Part shown: positions 50,417 through 60,639 of the stretch, piece by piece
Numbering within the stretch: position 1 is the first letter of the stretch
How the letters are laid out: every line of letters begins with the position of its first letter
Assembly (NCBI GenBank): GCA_965205945.1
Contig: CBDBIB010000003.1
Span: 608,394-672,393, forward strand
DNA from: Bdellovibrionales bacterium
Lineage (GTDB): Bacteria; Bdellovibrionota; Bdellovibrionia; Bdellovibrionales; UBA1609
Direction: 5' to 3'
Length of the DNA stretch: 64,000 bases
Notes under the pieces: model-generated
Told to the model about the DNA's origin: nothing
The model's database searches: none
The model's input: only the letters and a program-made list of their open reading frames with translations
Program-made: the position numbers and the translations under genes

Positions 50417-51475
50417 ATGAGTGAATTAAGTGAAATAGTGATTCTTGGTGGTGTGTTTGCAGTCGGTTTAATAGGTTCAGGTATTTATTACTTTGCAAGG
50501 TTTTTCTTATTTAAGGATATGAGGCCAAATACTCAATTGTTGAAAAAAAAGGGAAACCCTAAGAAAGTAGACTCACTTTTTGAAGCTTTATCTAATTCAA
50601 GAAAAAGTATATGGCGTTTAGAAAGTGACTTACCCTTGGATTCTATTCAGGATTTAGAAGAGGCGTTGTATATAGCTGATCTAGGGCCTGATACGGTGGC
50701 ATTTTTAATAGAGCGAGTTCAAGAACAAATTAAGGGTGAAAAGTTTAGTTTAGATAAGATAAAAAATATTTTTAAGAGTGAAATGACTAAAATTTTTAAA
50801 GAGGATTTCTCAGCACAAAAAATATCAGCACTCATTAAAGAAAAACAAAGCTCTCCCCATGTTATAGCAATTGTAGGGGTAAACGGTGCAGGGAAAACAA
50901 CCACCATAGGAAAGTTAGCTTATAAATTCAGCCAAGAGGGGAAAAAAGTTATGATCGTAGCTGGTGATACTTTCAGGGCTGGAGCTGAAACACAGCTTAG
51001 TGTGTGGGCGGAAAAATCAAATACACTTATTTTTAAAGCATTGCCTCAAACAAAAGACCCTGGAGCGGTTGCTTTTCAAGCTTATGAGAAGGCTAAAAAA
51101 GAGGAGGTGGATATTTTGCTTATTGATACAGCTGGGAGGCTTCATACTCAGGATAATTTAATGCAAGAGCTTAAAAAAGTTAAAAGAGTTCTTAGTAAGC
51201 AGGACATTAAAGCTCCTCAAGATATTTGGATGATCCTTGATGCAAATATGGGCATGAATGTTCTTCATCAAACTAAGGTTTTTCATAAAACCTTAGGGTT
51301 GACGGGGGTAATTATGACAAAAGTGGAGGGGTCTGCTAAAGCTGGAATGGCCCTAGGGGTTAAGCAAAGCTTAGGAATTCCAATTTTAATGTTAGGAACT
51401 GGAGAAGGAATTAAAGATATTCGCTTATTTAATTCGCAGGATTTTGTAAGCTCTCTTGTAAGTTCAAAGCTTTAG
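50417..51475 (+). CDS. ftsY: SRP receptor FtsY
   Basis: GVNGAGKTTTIGKLA, DTFRA, DTAGRLH, LM.EL; N-terminal hydrophobic helix. Confidence 0.93.
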   Translation: MSELSEIVILGGVFAVGLIGSGIYYFARFFLFKDMRPNTQLLKKKGNPKKVDSLFEALSNSRKSIWRLESDLPLDSIQDLEEALYIADLGPDTVAFLIERVQEQIKGEKFSLDKIKNIFKSEMTKIFKEDFSAQKISALIKEKQSSPHVIAIVGVNGAGKTTTIGKLAYKFSQEGKKVMIVAGDTFRAGAETQLSVWAEKSNTLIFKALPQTKDPGAVAFQAYEKAKKEEVDILLIDTAGRLHTQDNLMQELKKVKRVLSKQDIKAPQDIWMILDANMGMNVLHQTKVFHKTLGLTGVIMTKVEGSAKAGMALGVKQSLGIPILMLGTGEGIKDIRLFNSQDFVSSLVSSKL

Positions 51476-51551
51476 CAAGACTAAGGTGCGCTAAGAGTTG
51501 ACTGACTAATGGCGGCATTTTAAGGTGTCCTTTGACTGAAGGTGATAAAAG

Positions 51552-51857
51552 ATGACCTCAACAAAGAGCGCTAGAAATTTTGAACAGTACAACTTGTCAG
51601 TAGGTGGACATGCTCTAACTATATCTACAGACCAAGAGCAACAAAAAATGGATCTCATTGTTAAGAAGGCAAATGAGAAAATTCAAGGTTCTTTATTAAA
51701 GAACCATCCCTTTCAAAAATGTTTAATGATTGCACTGTTACAGGTGTGTGAAGAAAATATTGACCTTAAATCAGATATCCATGAAAAAGTTGATGGTCTT
51801 GAGCAAAAAGCAGAGCAGATTTTAAAAAAGTTTCAAAATTTTATATCTGAAGAGTAA
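51552..51857 (+). CDS. zapA: Cell division protein ZapA
   Basis: Beta-beta-alpha N-terminus followed by coiled coil; synteny with ygfA and rny. Confidence 0.7.
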   Translation: MTSTKSARNFEQYNLSVGGHALTISTDQEQQKMDLIVKKANEKIQGSLLKNHPFQKCLMIALLQVCEENIDLKSDIHEKVDGLEQKAEQILKKFQNFISEE

Positions 51858-51892
51858 AATCTAAAATCACCTTTTGTTGTTTGGAGTTTTTT

Positions 51893-52438
51893 GTGAACGA
51901 CTTAAGGCAAAAGAAAAATTTATTGCGCATGCAAGTAAAATCTTTAGATTGGGATGTTGAAGTTTCATTAAAACCTATAGTGGAGGATGAGGCTTTTCCA
52001 AAGGGTTTGTGGGGTGTATTTAAACCTTTAAGTGGTGAGCCAAGACTTAAAGATTTACCAGTTGATGTTGAATTTTGCTGGCCTTGCATTCTAGATTCTG
52101 CTTTAGGTAAGATGATTTTTTCTCGAGCCACGAGATTTAAAAAATCTGAATTGGGTTGTTTAGAGCCTTATGTTTGTAATGAAATTCCTAGAAAAAATAT
52201 TTCAGTAATTTTTGTCCCTGGGCAAAGCTTTGATTTTAAAGGAAATCGACTTGGCAGAGGAAAAGGGTTTTATGATCGGTATTTAAAAGGTTTTAATGGT
52301 GTGATTGTTGGAGTCTGTTCAAGGGCGAGGTTTTTAATGAAACCGGTTCCTGTTGAACAACGTTTAGATGTGCCTGTTCAGTACATATTAACTGAGCAGT
52401 TTTTGTATAAAGTGAATTCTTCTAGGAAGGTGGTGTAA
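51893..52438 (+). CDS. ygfA: 5-formyltetrahydrofolate cyclo-ligase
   Basis: FVPG..FD..GNRLGRGKGFYDRYL; GTG at 51893 follows GGAG. Confidence 0.88.
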   Translation: MNDLRQKKNLLRMQVKSLDWDVEVSLKPIVEDEAFPKGLWGVFKPLSGEPRLKDLPVDVEFCWPCILDSALGKMIFSRATRFKKSELGCLEPYVCNEIPRKNISVIFVPGQSFDFKGNRLGRGKGFYDRYLKGFNGVIVGVCSRARFLMKPVPVEQRLDVPVQYILTEQFLYKVNSSRKVV

Positions 52439-52439
52439 A

Positions 52440-54011
52440 GTGAATATGATAATAGCCGGAGCTGCGTTAGTTGGTTTGGCCGTGGGTATTTTAGTTGCGT
52501 TAACAGTTAAGGTCATGGTTGATAATAAAGTTAAAAGAACAGCTGAACGTGAAGCTCAAAGAATTATTCAAAAAGCTAAAGCAAGGGCTTTTAAGATTGA
52601 GAAAGAGTCTATTAATAAAACTCAACAGTTAGAGAAGAAAGTAAAAAGAAGATCTGAAGAAGAAATTAAAAAAGAAAAAGAAAAAGTTAAAGACTTAGAG
52701 AGATCATATAATCAAAAATTTCAAAAAATTCAGGTTAAAGAAAAGTCTTTAAATGATAAAATCATTCAAAGAGAAAAACGTTTTGAGGTTAAAGAAAAAG
52801 AAGTTGAAAATAGAGAGCTTAGAACAGCTAAAAAGTATGAAGAGCTTGAAATTGTAAAAAAAGACTTTCAAGAAAAGCTTGAATCTGTTGGGGGAATGAC
52901 TCAAGACCAGGCTAAAAAAGAACTTGTTTCAACTCTTGAAGAAGAGGCTAAAAGAGATCTTGCAATAAGTATGACTGCCATTGAAGAAGAGGCTAGAGAA
53001 GATGCTGAGGCTAAAGCTAAGAGAATTATTAGCATAGCAATTGCAAGGTTTGCTGGTGGATATACTGCTGAAAAAACCACGAGTGTTTTACCACTTCCTT
53101 CAGAAGATATGAAGGGCAAGGTTATTGGTAAAGAGGGTCGTAATATTAGAGCTTTTGAAAGCCTTTGTGGTGTTGATTTGATTTTAGATGAGGTTCCTGA
53201 TTCAGTTGTGATTTCAGCATTTGACCCTGTAAGGCGTGAGGTTGCAAGGCGTGCGCTAGAGGTGCTTTTTGCAGATGGTAGGATTCATCCTGCCATGATT
53301 GAACAAGCCATTCATAAGGTAAAAAAAGAGTTGTTTAAATCTATTAGAGAAGATGGTGAGAAAGCATGTTTTGAACTTAGTGTAACCAATATACATAAAG
53401 ATATTATGGACCTAATAGGAAGTTTAAAATATAGACTTTCATATACACAGAATAATTATAGTCATTCTCTTGAAGTGGGCATGCTTTGTGGAATGATGGC
53501 GGCAGAACTTGGTGAAGATATTAAAGAAGCAAGGCGGGCAGGTTTATTGCATGATGTAGGTAAGGCTTTAGATCACTCTATTGAAGGAAGTCATGCTATT
53601 ATTGGTGCTGATTTTATTAAAAAACGTGGTGAGCAATCAAGAATTGTCCACGCAGTACGTGCTCATCACTATGAAGAAGAGCCGAGCACAATTTTAGCTC
53701 ATCTTGTGATTGCAGCAGATGCTATTTCTGGCGCAAGGCCTGGAGCAAGAAAATCAACTCAAGCAAATTATTTTAAACGCTTAGAAGATCTTGAAACTAT
53801 TGGTAATAGTTTTGATGGTGTTTTAAGAACATTTGCAATACAAGCTGGTAGAGAGATTAGAGTTATCGTGGACAGTGCTAAGGTTAATGATGAGCAGTCA
53901 GTAGTGCTTTCTAGAAATATTGCTCAAAAAATTACTAAAGAGATGAATTACCCAGGTCAAATTAAAGTGATTGTGGTTCGTGAAACTAAAGCCATTGAAC
54001 ACGCTAGGTAA
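52440..54011 (+). CDS. rny: Ribonuclease Y
   Basis: TM anchor, coiled coil, KH domain (KGKVIGKEGRNIR), HD domain (LLHDVGK), SGARPGAR, AIQAGREIR. Confidence 0.95.
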   Translation: MNMIIAGAALVGLAVGILVALTVKVMVDNKVKRTAEREAQRIIQKAKARAFKIEKESINKTQQLEKKVKRRSEEEIKKEKEKVKDLERSYNQKFQKIQVKEKSLNDKIIQREKRFEVKEKEVENRELRTAKKYEELEIVKKDFQEKLESVGGMTQDQAKKELVSTLEEEAKRDLAISMTAIEEEAREDAEAKAKRIISIAIARFAGGYTAEKTTSVLPLPSEDMKGKVIGKEGRNIRAFESLCGVDLILDEVPDSVVISAFDPVRREVARRALEVLFADGRIHPAMIEQAIHKVKKELFKSIREDGEKACFELSVTNIHKDIMDLIGSLKYRLSYTQNNYSHSLEVGMLCGMMAAELGEDIKEARRAGLLHDVGKALDHSIEGSHAIIGADFIKKRGEQSRIVHAVRAHHYEEEPSTILAHLVIAADAISGARPGARKSTQANYFKRLEDLETIGNSFDGVLRTFAIQAGREIRVIVDSAKVNDEQSVVLSRNIAQKITKEMNYPGQIKVIVVRETKAIEHAR

Positions 54012-54025
54012 GAGGATAATTGTAG

Positions 54026-55252
54026 ATGAGTTTTTCAATAAAAGAACAGTTTGAAATTTTAAAATCAAATACAGTAGATCTGATTTCTGAAAAAGAACTA
54101 TTAGCAAAGCTTAAAACGTCTATTAAAGAAAAAAAACCTCTTAGAATCAAGTTTGGAGCAGACCCATCAAAGCCAGATCTTCATTTAGGGCATTTAGTTC
54201 AATTGCTAAAATTAAAACAGTTTCAGGATTTAGGCCATGAAGTTTTATTTTTAATAGGTGATTTTACAGCGCAGATTGGTGATCCTACAGGAAAAAATGA
54301 AACAAGGCCTGCCTTAATTAAAGAAGAAGTATTAGAATACTCTAAAACTTATTCTCATCAGGTCTTTAAGATTTTAGATAAAAAAAAAACAAAGGTTATC
54401 TACAATTCAGAGTGGTTTGATAAATTTTCATCAAGTGATTTTATAAAACTTTCTAGTCAATATACAGTTGCTAGAATGATTGAGCGAGATGATTTTGAAA
54501 AAAGATTTAAAGCTAATCAACCCATAGGACTTCATGAGTTTTTATACCCCTTGGTTCAAGGATTTGATTCAGTAAAATTAAAATCAGATATTGAACTTGG
54601 TGGAACAGATCAAAAATTTAATCTTTTAGTTGGAAGAGATCTTCAAAAATCTTATGGACAAAGTGCTCAATCAATTTTAACACTGCCTCTTTTAGAGGGT
54701 TTAGATGGTATTAAAAAAATGTCAAAAAGTTTAGACAATTATATTGGATTTAATGAAACTCCAAAAGATATGTTTGGGAAGTTTTTAAGTATCAGTGATG
54801 AGCTTATGTATAGGTATGCAAAACTTATACTTTTAAAGTCAGACAAAGAAATAAAATCACTTCAAACTCAGGTTGGATTAGGTAAAGCGCATCCTAAAAA
54901 GATTAAGACAGCATTAGCAAAACAAGTAATTCAAATATTTTATACATCAAAGCAAGCTGATCAAGCAGAGCAAGAGTTTGAAAGAATTTTTGTTAAAGGT
55001 GGGATTCCTGATGATGTTAAAGAAGTGCATTTTAAAAAACAGGAGGCTCCTTTATGGATATGTAAGGTGATTGTAGAGGTTGGGTTTGCTCAATCAAATT
55101 CTCAAGCTCGAAGGTTGGTTGAATCTAGAGCTGTTGAGATTGATGGTATAAAGCTTAAAGATCCAAAATTTGAATTGTTGTTAAGTAGTGCAGACAACAC
55201 TTATCTTTTAAAGGTAGGTAAAAAGAATTTTGCAAAAATTATGACTAAGTAA
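54026..55252 (+). CDS. tyrS: Tyrosine--tRNA ligase
   Basis: [18 protein letters not shown]-terminal S4 domain. Confidence 0.96.
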   Translation: MSFSIKEQFEILKSNTVDLISEKELLAKLKTSIKEKKPLRIKFGADPSKPDLHLGHLVQLLKLKQFQDLGHEVLFLIGDFTAQIGDPTGKNETRPALIKEEVLEYSKTYSHQVFKILDKKKTKVIYNSEWFDKFSSSDFIKLSSQYTVARMIERDDFEKRFKANQPIGLHEFLYPLVQGFDSVKLKSDIELGGTDQKFNLLVGRDLQKSYGQSAQSILTLPLLEGLDGIKKMSKSLDNYIGFNETPKDMFGKFLSISDELMYRYAKLILLKSDKEIKSLQTQVGLGKAHPKKIKTALAKQVIQIFYTSKQADQAEQEFERIFVKGGIPDDVKEVHFKKQEAPLWICKVIVEVGFAQSNSQARRLVESRAVEIDGIKLKDPKFELLLSSADNTYLLKVGKKNFAKIMTK

Positions 55253-55278
55253 CCAGATTATTAAATTAGGAAAAAAAA

Positions 55279-55833
55279 ATGAAAATTAAGTTTCTCCCTA
55301 AAAATATAGAAGTAGAAGTAAAGCCGGGGCAGTCGGTTTTAAATGTGGCACAAGAAAATGGTATTTTAATACGTTCTGTTTGTAAGGGAGTTCCTTCTTG
55401 TGCAGAATGTAGGGTTATTGTTGTAGAAGGGGGTAATAATGTTCTTCCTCCAATGAGTGATGAGCTTGATTTAATTGGAACAGTTCATTTTGTTGACAGT
55501 AGGCGTTTAGCTTGTCAAATGCGTTGTTTTGGAGACCTTGTTATTAACCTTCAAGAACATGTTGATAAGGGTTTAGGTAATGTTAAGCAACCTAGAGGAA
55601 ACATTAGAAAAGAAATAGATGAGTCTAAAGCTAGGATGGGGAATATCTTAGAAGAGACTAAGGCTTTGGCGATTGAAATAGAAAAGACTGAAGAAGAAAA
55701 AAAAGAAGCTACAGCATTAAAAGTTAAACTCACTGATAAAAAGGTAATCTATAATAAAAAAATGGAAATATCAAAAAAATCTAAACCTAAATCAAAGAAG
55801 AAAAATAAAAATCACAGATGGAATAAAAAATAA
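55279..55833 (+). CDS. 2Fe-2S ferredoxin with charged, Lys-rich C-terminal extension
   Basis: C-x5-C-x2-C ... RLACQ. Confidence 0.85.
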   Translation: MKIKFLPKNIEVEVKPGQSVLNVAQENGILIRSVCKGVPSCAECRVIVVEGGNNVLPPMSDELDLIGTVHFVDSRRLACQMRCFGDLVINLQEHVDKGLGNVKQPRGNIRKEIDESKARMGNILEETKALAIEIEKTEEEKKEATALKVKLTDKKVIYNKKMEISKKSKPKSKKKNKNHRWNKK

Positions 55834-55942
55834 TGGTAGAATAATTATTAAACAATAAAATATTTTATTAAAACCTTACTTTTAGAGGTGCTTTTTAAAT
55901 TATATATTTTATAGTTTTTAAAAATTTATCTAGAAGATAGAG

Positions 55943-56812
55943 TTAACTGCTTTTAATAAACTTTTTTAAATCCGTAGACAGGTTATTATCTTTTAAGGCC
56001 GCATGAATATTGGCTTTTAAAAGTCCTAAAACAGACCCTCCATCAAAACGAGGGCATTTTGTAATAACACCTGTAAGGCTATGATCTTTTGCCATTAAAC
56101 TTATAGAATCTGTTAATTGAATCTCGCCATTTTTTTTAGGACTTTCTTTTATATACTTTAATATTTTGTTTTTAAAAATATAACGCCCTGGAAGGATAAG
56201 ATTGCTTGGAGCATTTTTAAGCTTTGGTTTTTCAATAATTTTAGAGATATTTAAAGAACCGTTTGTTTCCTTAGTTTTTGCAACACCGTATTGACAAACT
56301 AAACTTGAATCTACCTGTAACAAAGAAACAACATTAGAACCTGTTTTTTCAAATTCTTTTTTTAATTCAATACAAGGGTTTTGTGATAAATCTGATGGTA
56401 GAAAAATCTCATCGGGTAAAAGCACGTAAAAATCACGATCTTTAAGGTTTTTTTCCGCTGAAAGAATCGCATGAGCTAAACCAAGCTGTTCTTCTTGATA
56501 GGTGAAGGTAACCTTAGGAAGCTGTTCGATATTTTTAAGTTCCTGAACTAAATGAGTTTTTCTATCTTTTTTTAACAAGTTTTTTAGTTCAGAATGATCT
56601 TTAAAATAGTTTTTTAAAGCCACTTTGTCTTTGTGAGAGATAATAATAGCTTCTGTAACTCCAGCATTTTTTAACTCATTTAAACAATGGTGAATTAAAG
56701 GAAGATTTAAAAGAGGGAGCATTTCCTTTGGAGTTGATTTTGTAGATGGAAGAAATCTTGTGCCTTTTCCTGCTGCAGGAATAATGGCAACTTTTGGTGT
56801 GTTATAAATCAT
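55943..56812 (-). CDS. galU: UTP--glucose-1-phosphate uridylyltransferase
   Basis: PAAGKGTRFLPSTKSTPKEMLP, LGLAHA, EKP, GRY, GEIQLTD. Confidence 0.93.
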   Translation of the reverse strand: MIYNTPKVAIIPAAGKGTRFLPSTKSTPKEMLPLLNLPLIHHCLNELKNAGVTEAIIISHKDKVALKNYFKDHSELKNLLKKDRKTHLVQELKNIEQLPKVTFTYQEEQLGLAHAILSAEKNLKDRDFYVLLPDEIFLPSDLSQNPCIELKKEFEKTGSNVVSLLQVDSSLVCQYGVAKTKETNGSLNISKIIEKPKLKNAPSNLILPGRYIFKNKILKYIKESPKKNGEIQLTDSISLMAKDHSLTGVITKCPRFDGGSVLGLLKANIHAALKDNNLSTDLKKFIKSS

Positions 56813-56835
56813 TTAATGATTATAACTAAAATTAA

Positions 56836-57165
56836 TTAAACAGCAAATGATGAGCCGCAGCCGCATGTTTTTGTAGCGTTTGGGTTTGAAAAAAGAAAGC
56901 CTTGTCCGTTTAAACCGCCCTGAAAATCAAGGCGCATTCCCATAATATAAAGTAAGCTCTTAGAATCAATTACAATTTTTAAGCTCTCTTCAGGTTCAAA
57001 GACTTTATCCTTCTCACCAACCTTAGAATCAAAATCTAATTTATAAGAAAACCCTGAGCAACCGCCGCGCTTTACATTTATACGTAAAAAGTCTGTTTTA
57101 GAGCTTTTCTCGGAATCTTTAATAAAAGCAATTTGCTTTAAGGCTGAATCAGTGACTGTAATCAT
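56836..57165 (-). CDS. iscA: A-type Fe-S carrier (IscA/HesB family)
   Basis: GGCSGFSY and C-terminal CGCGSSF; ATG at 57165 (MITVTDSA) preferred. Confidence 0.9.
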   Translation of the reverse strand: MITVTDSALKQIAFIKDSEKSSKTDFLRINVKRGGCSGFSYKLDFDSKVGEKDKVFEPEESLKIVIDSKSLLYIMGMRLDFQGGLNGQGFLFSNPNATKTCGCGSSFAV

Positions 57166-57769
57166 ATGCTTATATAATAGCATAAAGTATCTAAATGTAA
57201 AATAATTTATGCTAGAGTACTATAATAAAAGAAGTAATTTGAAAATATTGATTGCTTAAGTGCTATTAAGGGCTTAGATTTCAGGGCCGATGCACTTTGA
57301 ATTTAAAAGGCTTAAGCCTCTACGGGGAGTTTGAGCAGCGCTTTTTAAAATTAAATATCAGTCTTTTCTCTACTGTAATGTCACTTTACTTAGATCAATC
57401 TTAGCTTAAGTCCAGGTAAAATCACAAGTTTTTGCAAAGTCTTTAAAAAGAGACTGTATTTACACAAGTTAAACATAGCATTATTTAAGTCTATATTCTG
57501 TAGAAGATAGAAAACTTAAACTTGTGACCAATGATGAAATTTTATTTGCCATTGCGACAGAGCTTCTCGATGAAAAGTTTACTCTTAAAACTAAAGATAT
57601 TATTAATTACATTATTAAAAACAACTCGAACCTGATATTAAAAGTTTAAGAAGCCATAGAGAATCTTGCGATTTTAAACAAGCAGATATTTAAAAATAGA
57701 GTTTTTTTTAATATAAATAAGCATTAATCAGATCTTCTCCTCCAATGTTTTAAAGCTGAGGCACTTAAT

Positions 57770-58000
57770 TTAATCTAATTTGAAGACCTTTTTTAAGAAA
57801 CTATTATCACAAGGCATCCGTATTTTTTTTGATTTCATAGTAGTTTTTGAACTTTCTTGTTTGAGTAAATTTAGTCTCATTCGTTTCATCAAATTAAAAT
57901 TTAGAGCACTATTTTTCGCACTCTTTTGATCAATATCATCTTTAAAGTGAACATCTAAAATCCAGTGTAAATTACTCTTATAAGAGATACCAATAGACAA
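57770..58000 (-). pseudogene. ISAs1-family transposase C-terminal remnant
   Basis: LHWILDVHFKDD...N...NF...R..LNLLKQE pattern typical of ISAs1 C-termini; N-terminal part absent. Confidence 0.78.
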
Positions 58001-58044
58001 CTTTGTTTATTAAAAATTAATTATTTTTATAAATAAAATTATTT

Positions 58045-59139
58045 TTAAAGTTCTTTTAAAAAAAGTTGCCAATTAATGTTAAATTGATGTTTATTCTTAA
58101 TATTTTTATTTTTAAGTATAGCCTTAATTCTTTCTTCTGTAAGTGGATGGGTTCTAATAAATTCAGGTATAATGCCTTTTATACCTTTATTTTTTTCTTT
58201 TATTTTTCTTAAAAATGATATGAAATATTTAGGATGTATTCCTGCTTTTAAAAGTATTTGTACTCCTTTTTTGTCAGCATTTCTTTCTTGTTGGCGATTA
58301 TAAGAAAGTCCTTCTAAAGTAGAACTCAACTTAAGTAAACGTAATAAAGCACTGTTATCATTGAGAAGTAAACCGAATACAACAGCTGTTCCTGCTGTTC
58401 TAAGAAGTTTTTTTAAACTATGACGTTGTATACAGTGGCTCATCTCGTGAGCTAGAACTCCTGCAGTTTCCTTAGGGTTTTTTGTTAACTTTAACAATCC
58501 AGTTGTAATAATGATATAACCTCCAGGAAGAGCAAAAGCATTAACTAAAGGTGTATTAATAACAGTCCATTTATATCCTATTGATGCATCATCATAAGAG
58601 TCAAGGTGTTTAATAATCATCCCCATAGCTTTCTTAACTTGAGGAGAGTTGATTTTTTGTTTGTCTGTTAAATACTTCTGATAAGCAACTTTCCCAATTT
58701 TTTCTTCCCACTCATAAGGAACCCAATGATTTGCTAAGGTAAAAAAATTAAACACAAAAAAATAACAAAGTATAATTAAAAAAGCAGTCAAAGTAATATA
58801 AAATTTTACCCTGTGCTTTTCTTTTCTTAAAATTTTTTTTTGCTCTTTTAATACAGCTAAGATTTTTTGTTTTACTTTTAAGGTAGCTATACTTTTTAGT
58901 AAATCAGTTAATCGTTCATCGTGGCAATAAAGAAAATGCAACCCCTCTTCTTGCCAAGATATTTCTAGGGTAGTTTTTGAATCTCCTTTTAGATTAAATT
59001 GACATTTTGATAAAGAAACAAAGATTTTTTTTTCATCTTCTAAAACAATAAAAAGATTAGAGTCTTGTCCACTAATACGAGCAAGTTTTTTATTGTTATT
59101 AATATAATAACTACCAAGAATTGGCTTACTACTTTTCAC
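58045..59139 (-). CDS. M48 family metallopeptidase
   Basis: NAFALPGG, HEMSH, Y.R.QE..AD, THP...RI; one TM helix. Confidence 0.9.
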   Translation of the reverse strand: MKSSKPILGSYYINNNKKLARISGQDSNLFIVLEDEKKIFVSLSKCQFNLKGDSKTTLEISWQEEGLHFLYCHDERLTDLLKSIATLKVKQKILAVLKEQKKILRKEKHRVKFYITLTAFLIILCYFFVFNFFTLANHWVPYEWEEKIGKVAYQKYLTDKQKINSPQVKKAMGMIIKHLDSYDDASIGYKWTVINTPLVNAFALPGGYIIITTGLLKLTKNPKETAGVLAHEMSHCIQRHSLKKLLRTAGTAVVFGLLLNDNSALLRLLKLSSTLEGLSYNRQQERNADKKGVQILLKAGIHPKYFISFLRKIKEKNKGIKGIIPEFIRTHPLTEERIKAILKNKNIKNKHQFNINWQLFLKEL

Positions 59140-59150
59140 CTTAAAAGGTT

Positions 59151-59825
59151 TTATCTTTTAGAGGAAATAAATTGTTTAGCCCAACTACTAGAGCTCCTTG
59201 TTTGAATATAAACTTCACCAGGACCTTTAAAGCGACAAATTAAACCCTCACCACTGGTAAAACTAGAAATCCAACCTTTAGAGGCCTTTTCAATTTTATA
59301 ATTAGAAGTCTTTGCCCACGCAACCATATGACTATTATCAATAATTTTTTCTTCATCAGGAGCTAGTGTAATTTTTTGGATTCCACCATAGGTGGAAATT
59401 GCAACTTTCCCTTTTCCATGTAAACGCATCACAAAAAAACCTTCTCCAGAAAATAATCCTTTTGTTAAACTTTGAGCTTTTGTTGAAATATTTATTGACT
59501 CTTCAGCAGCAAGAAAGCCGTTTTTTTGTAAAAGATACTCTTCTGAACCATCTAACTCTAAAATAGCAATTTCACCAGGGTAAACAGAGGCAAGCATAAC
59601 ATCTCCATCACCTCGATTGGCTTTTAATGTTTGAAAAAAAAGTGTCTCTCCAGTAAATACTTTTCTAATAATTCCACTAAGCAAACCACCCTCTAATTTT
59701 GAATTTATATCAAGAGTATTGCTCATAGTAATCATCGCTCCAGATTCAGCTTTAATGGATTCACCGTGATTAAGTTTTACACCTAGTGTACTAAAAGCTC
59801 CCTTGTTTAATATATTAAACTCCAT
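59151..59825 (-). CDS. AIM24/TIGR00266 family protein
   Basis: AESGAM, GETLF, GEGFF, GEGLICRFKGPGEVYIQTR. Confidence 0.9.
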   Translation of the reverse strand: MEFNILNKGAFSTLGVKLNHGESIKAESGAMITMSNTLDINSKLEGGLLSGIIRKVFTGETLFFQTLKANRGDGDVMLASVYPGEIAILELDGSEEYLLQKNGFLAAEESINISTKAQSLTKGLFSGEGFFVMRLHGKGKVAISTYGGIQKITLAPDEEKIIDNSHMVAWAKTSNYKIEKASKGWISSFTSGEGLICRFKGPGEVYIQTRSSSSWAKQFISSKR

Positions 59826-60639
59826 TAGCGATCTCCATTTTTTATTTTTCGTTAGACTTTGTATTTAAGCAGGATACTATAAAATTCATTATATTGGCAA
59901 TACTCTTTATCTAAATAGCTATAAAATAATATTTATCCTAAGAGTGGTGTTATTGTGTATGGGATCTGGTCTAGGCAAAGGATTTAAAATTGTTACCCAT
60001 TTATTCTACAGTATTTTTGTATGAACATAACCAAGGTAAGTAAAGTAAAGTTAAGGTTAATATTGTAAATAACAACAATAACTTAAATTAAAATAAAATC
60101 TTTTTGATTTGCTACTTAATTGTATTGGGTATTTTAGGTGTTTAATATAAGTTCACCCGAATTTAAACTTTTAACAGACTTGGGTTTTGACTAAATTAAA
60201 AAGTACTTTAGATTTTTGTAAGATATGGCTTTGAAAAATAAATTAATATTGAATTTAAAATTATGAATAGATAATGTGCTACCAACAGTGATTGTTTAAG
60301 TAGAGATGTAGGTAGAACTTAAGTGTAAATAGCAAGTTTTAGAGTAACTGTAACAGAGGATAATACTTTAGAAATTATGATACAGTTGTAAAAAATTGTC
60401 ATGGATTTACTTTAAAAGAGGTAGTTAATCTTAAAATTTTTAAAGATAATTACGTTAAAGCTTTAGCTCTTTATTATAAGGGGTAGAGCATTTTAATGTT
60501 TTTAGGTATTTAAAATGTTAGATTAGAGTCATTTTTTTACTTAAAGCCTTTTATTGTATTTTTAGTAAAATAGTGTTGTAAACATTAGTTTAGAATAGGT
60601 GCGTTTATTACTAAATCTGTAGATTTATAGGAGGTATGT

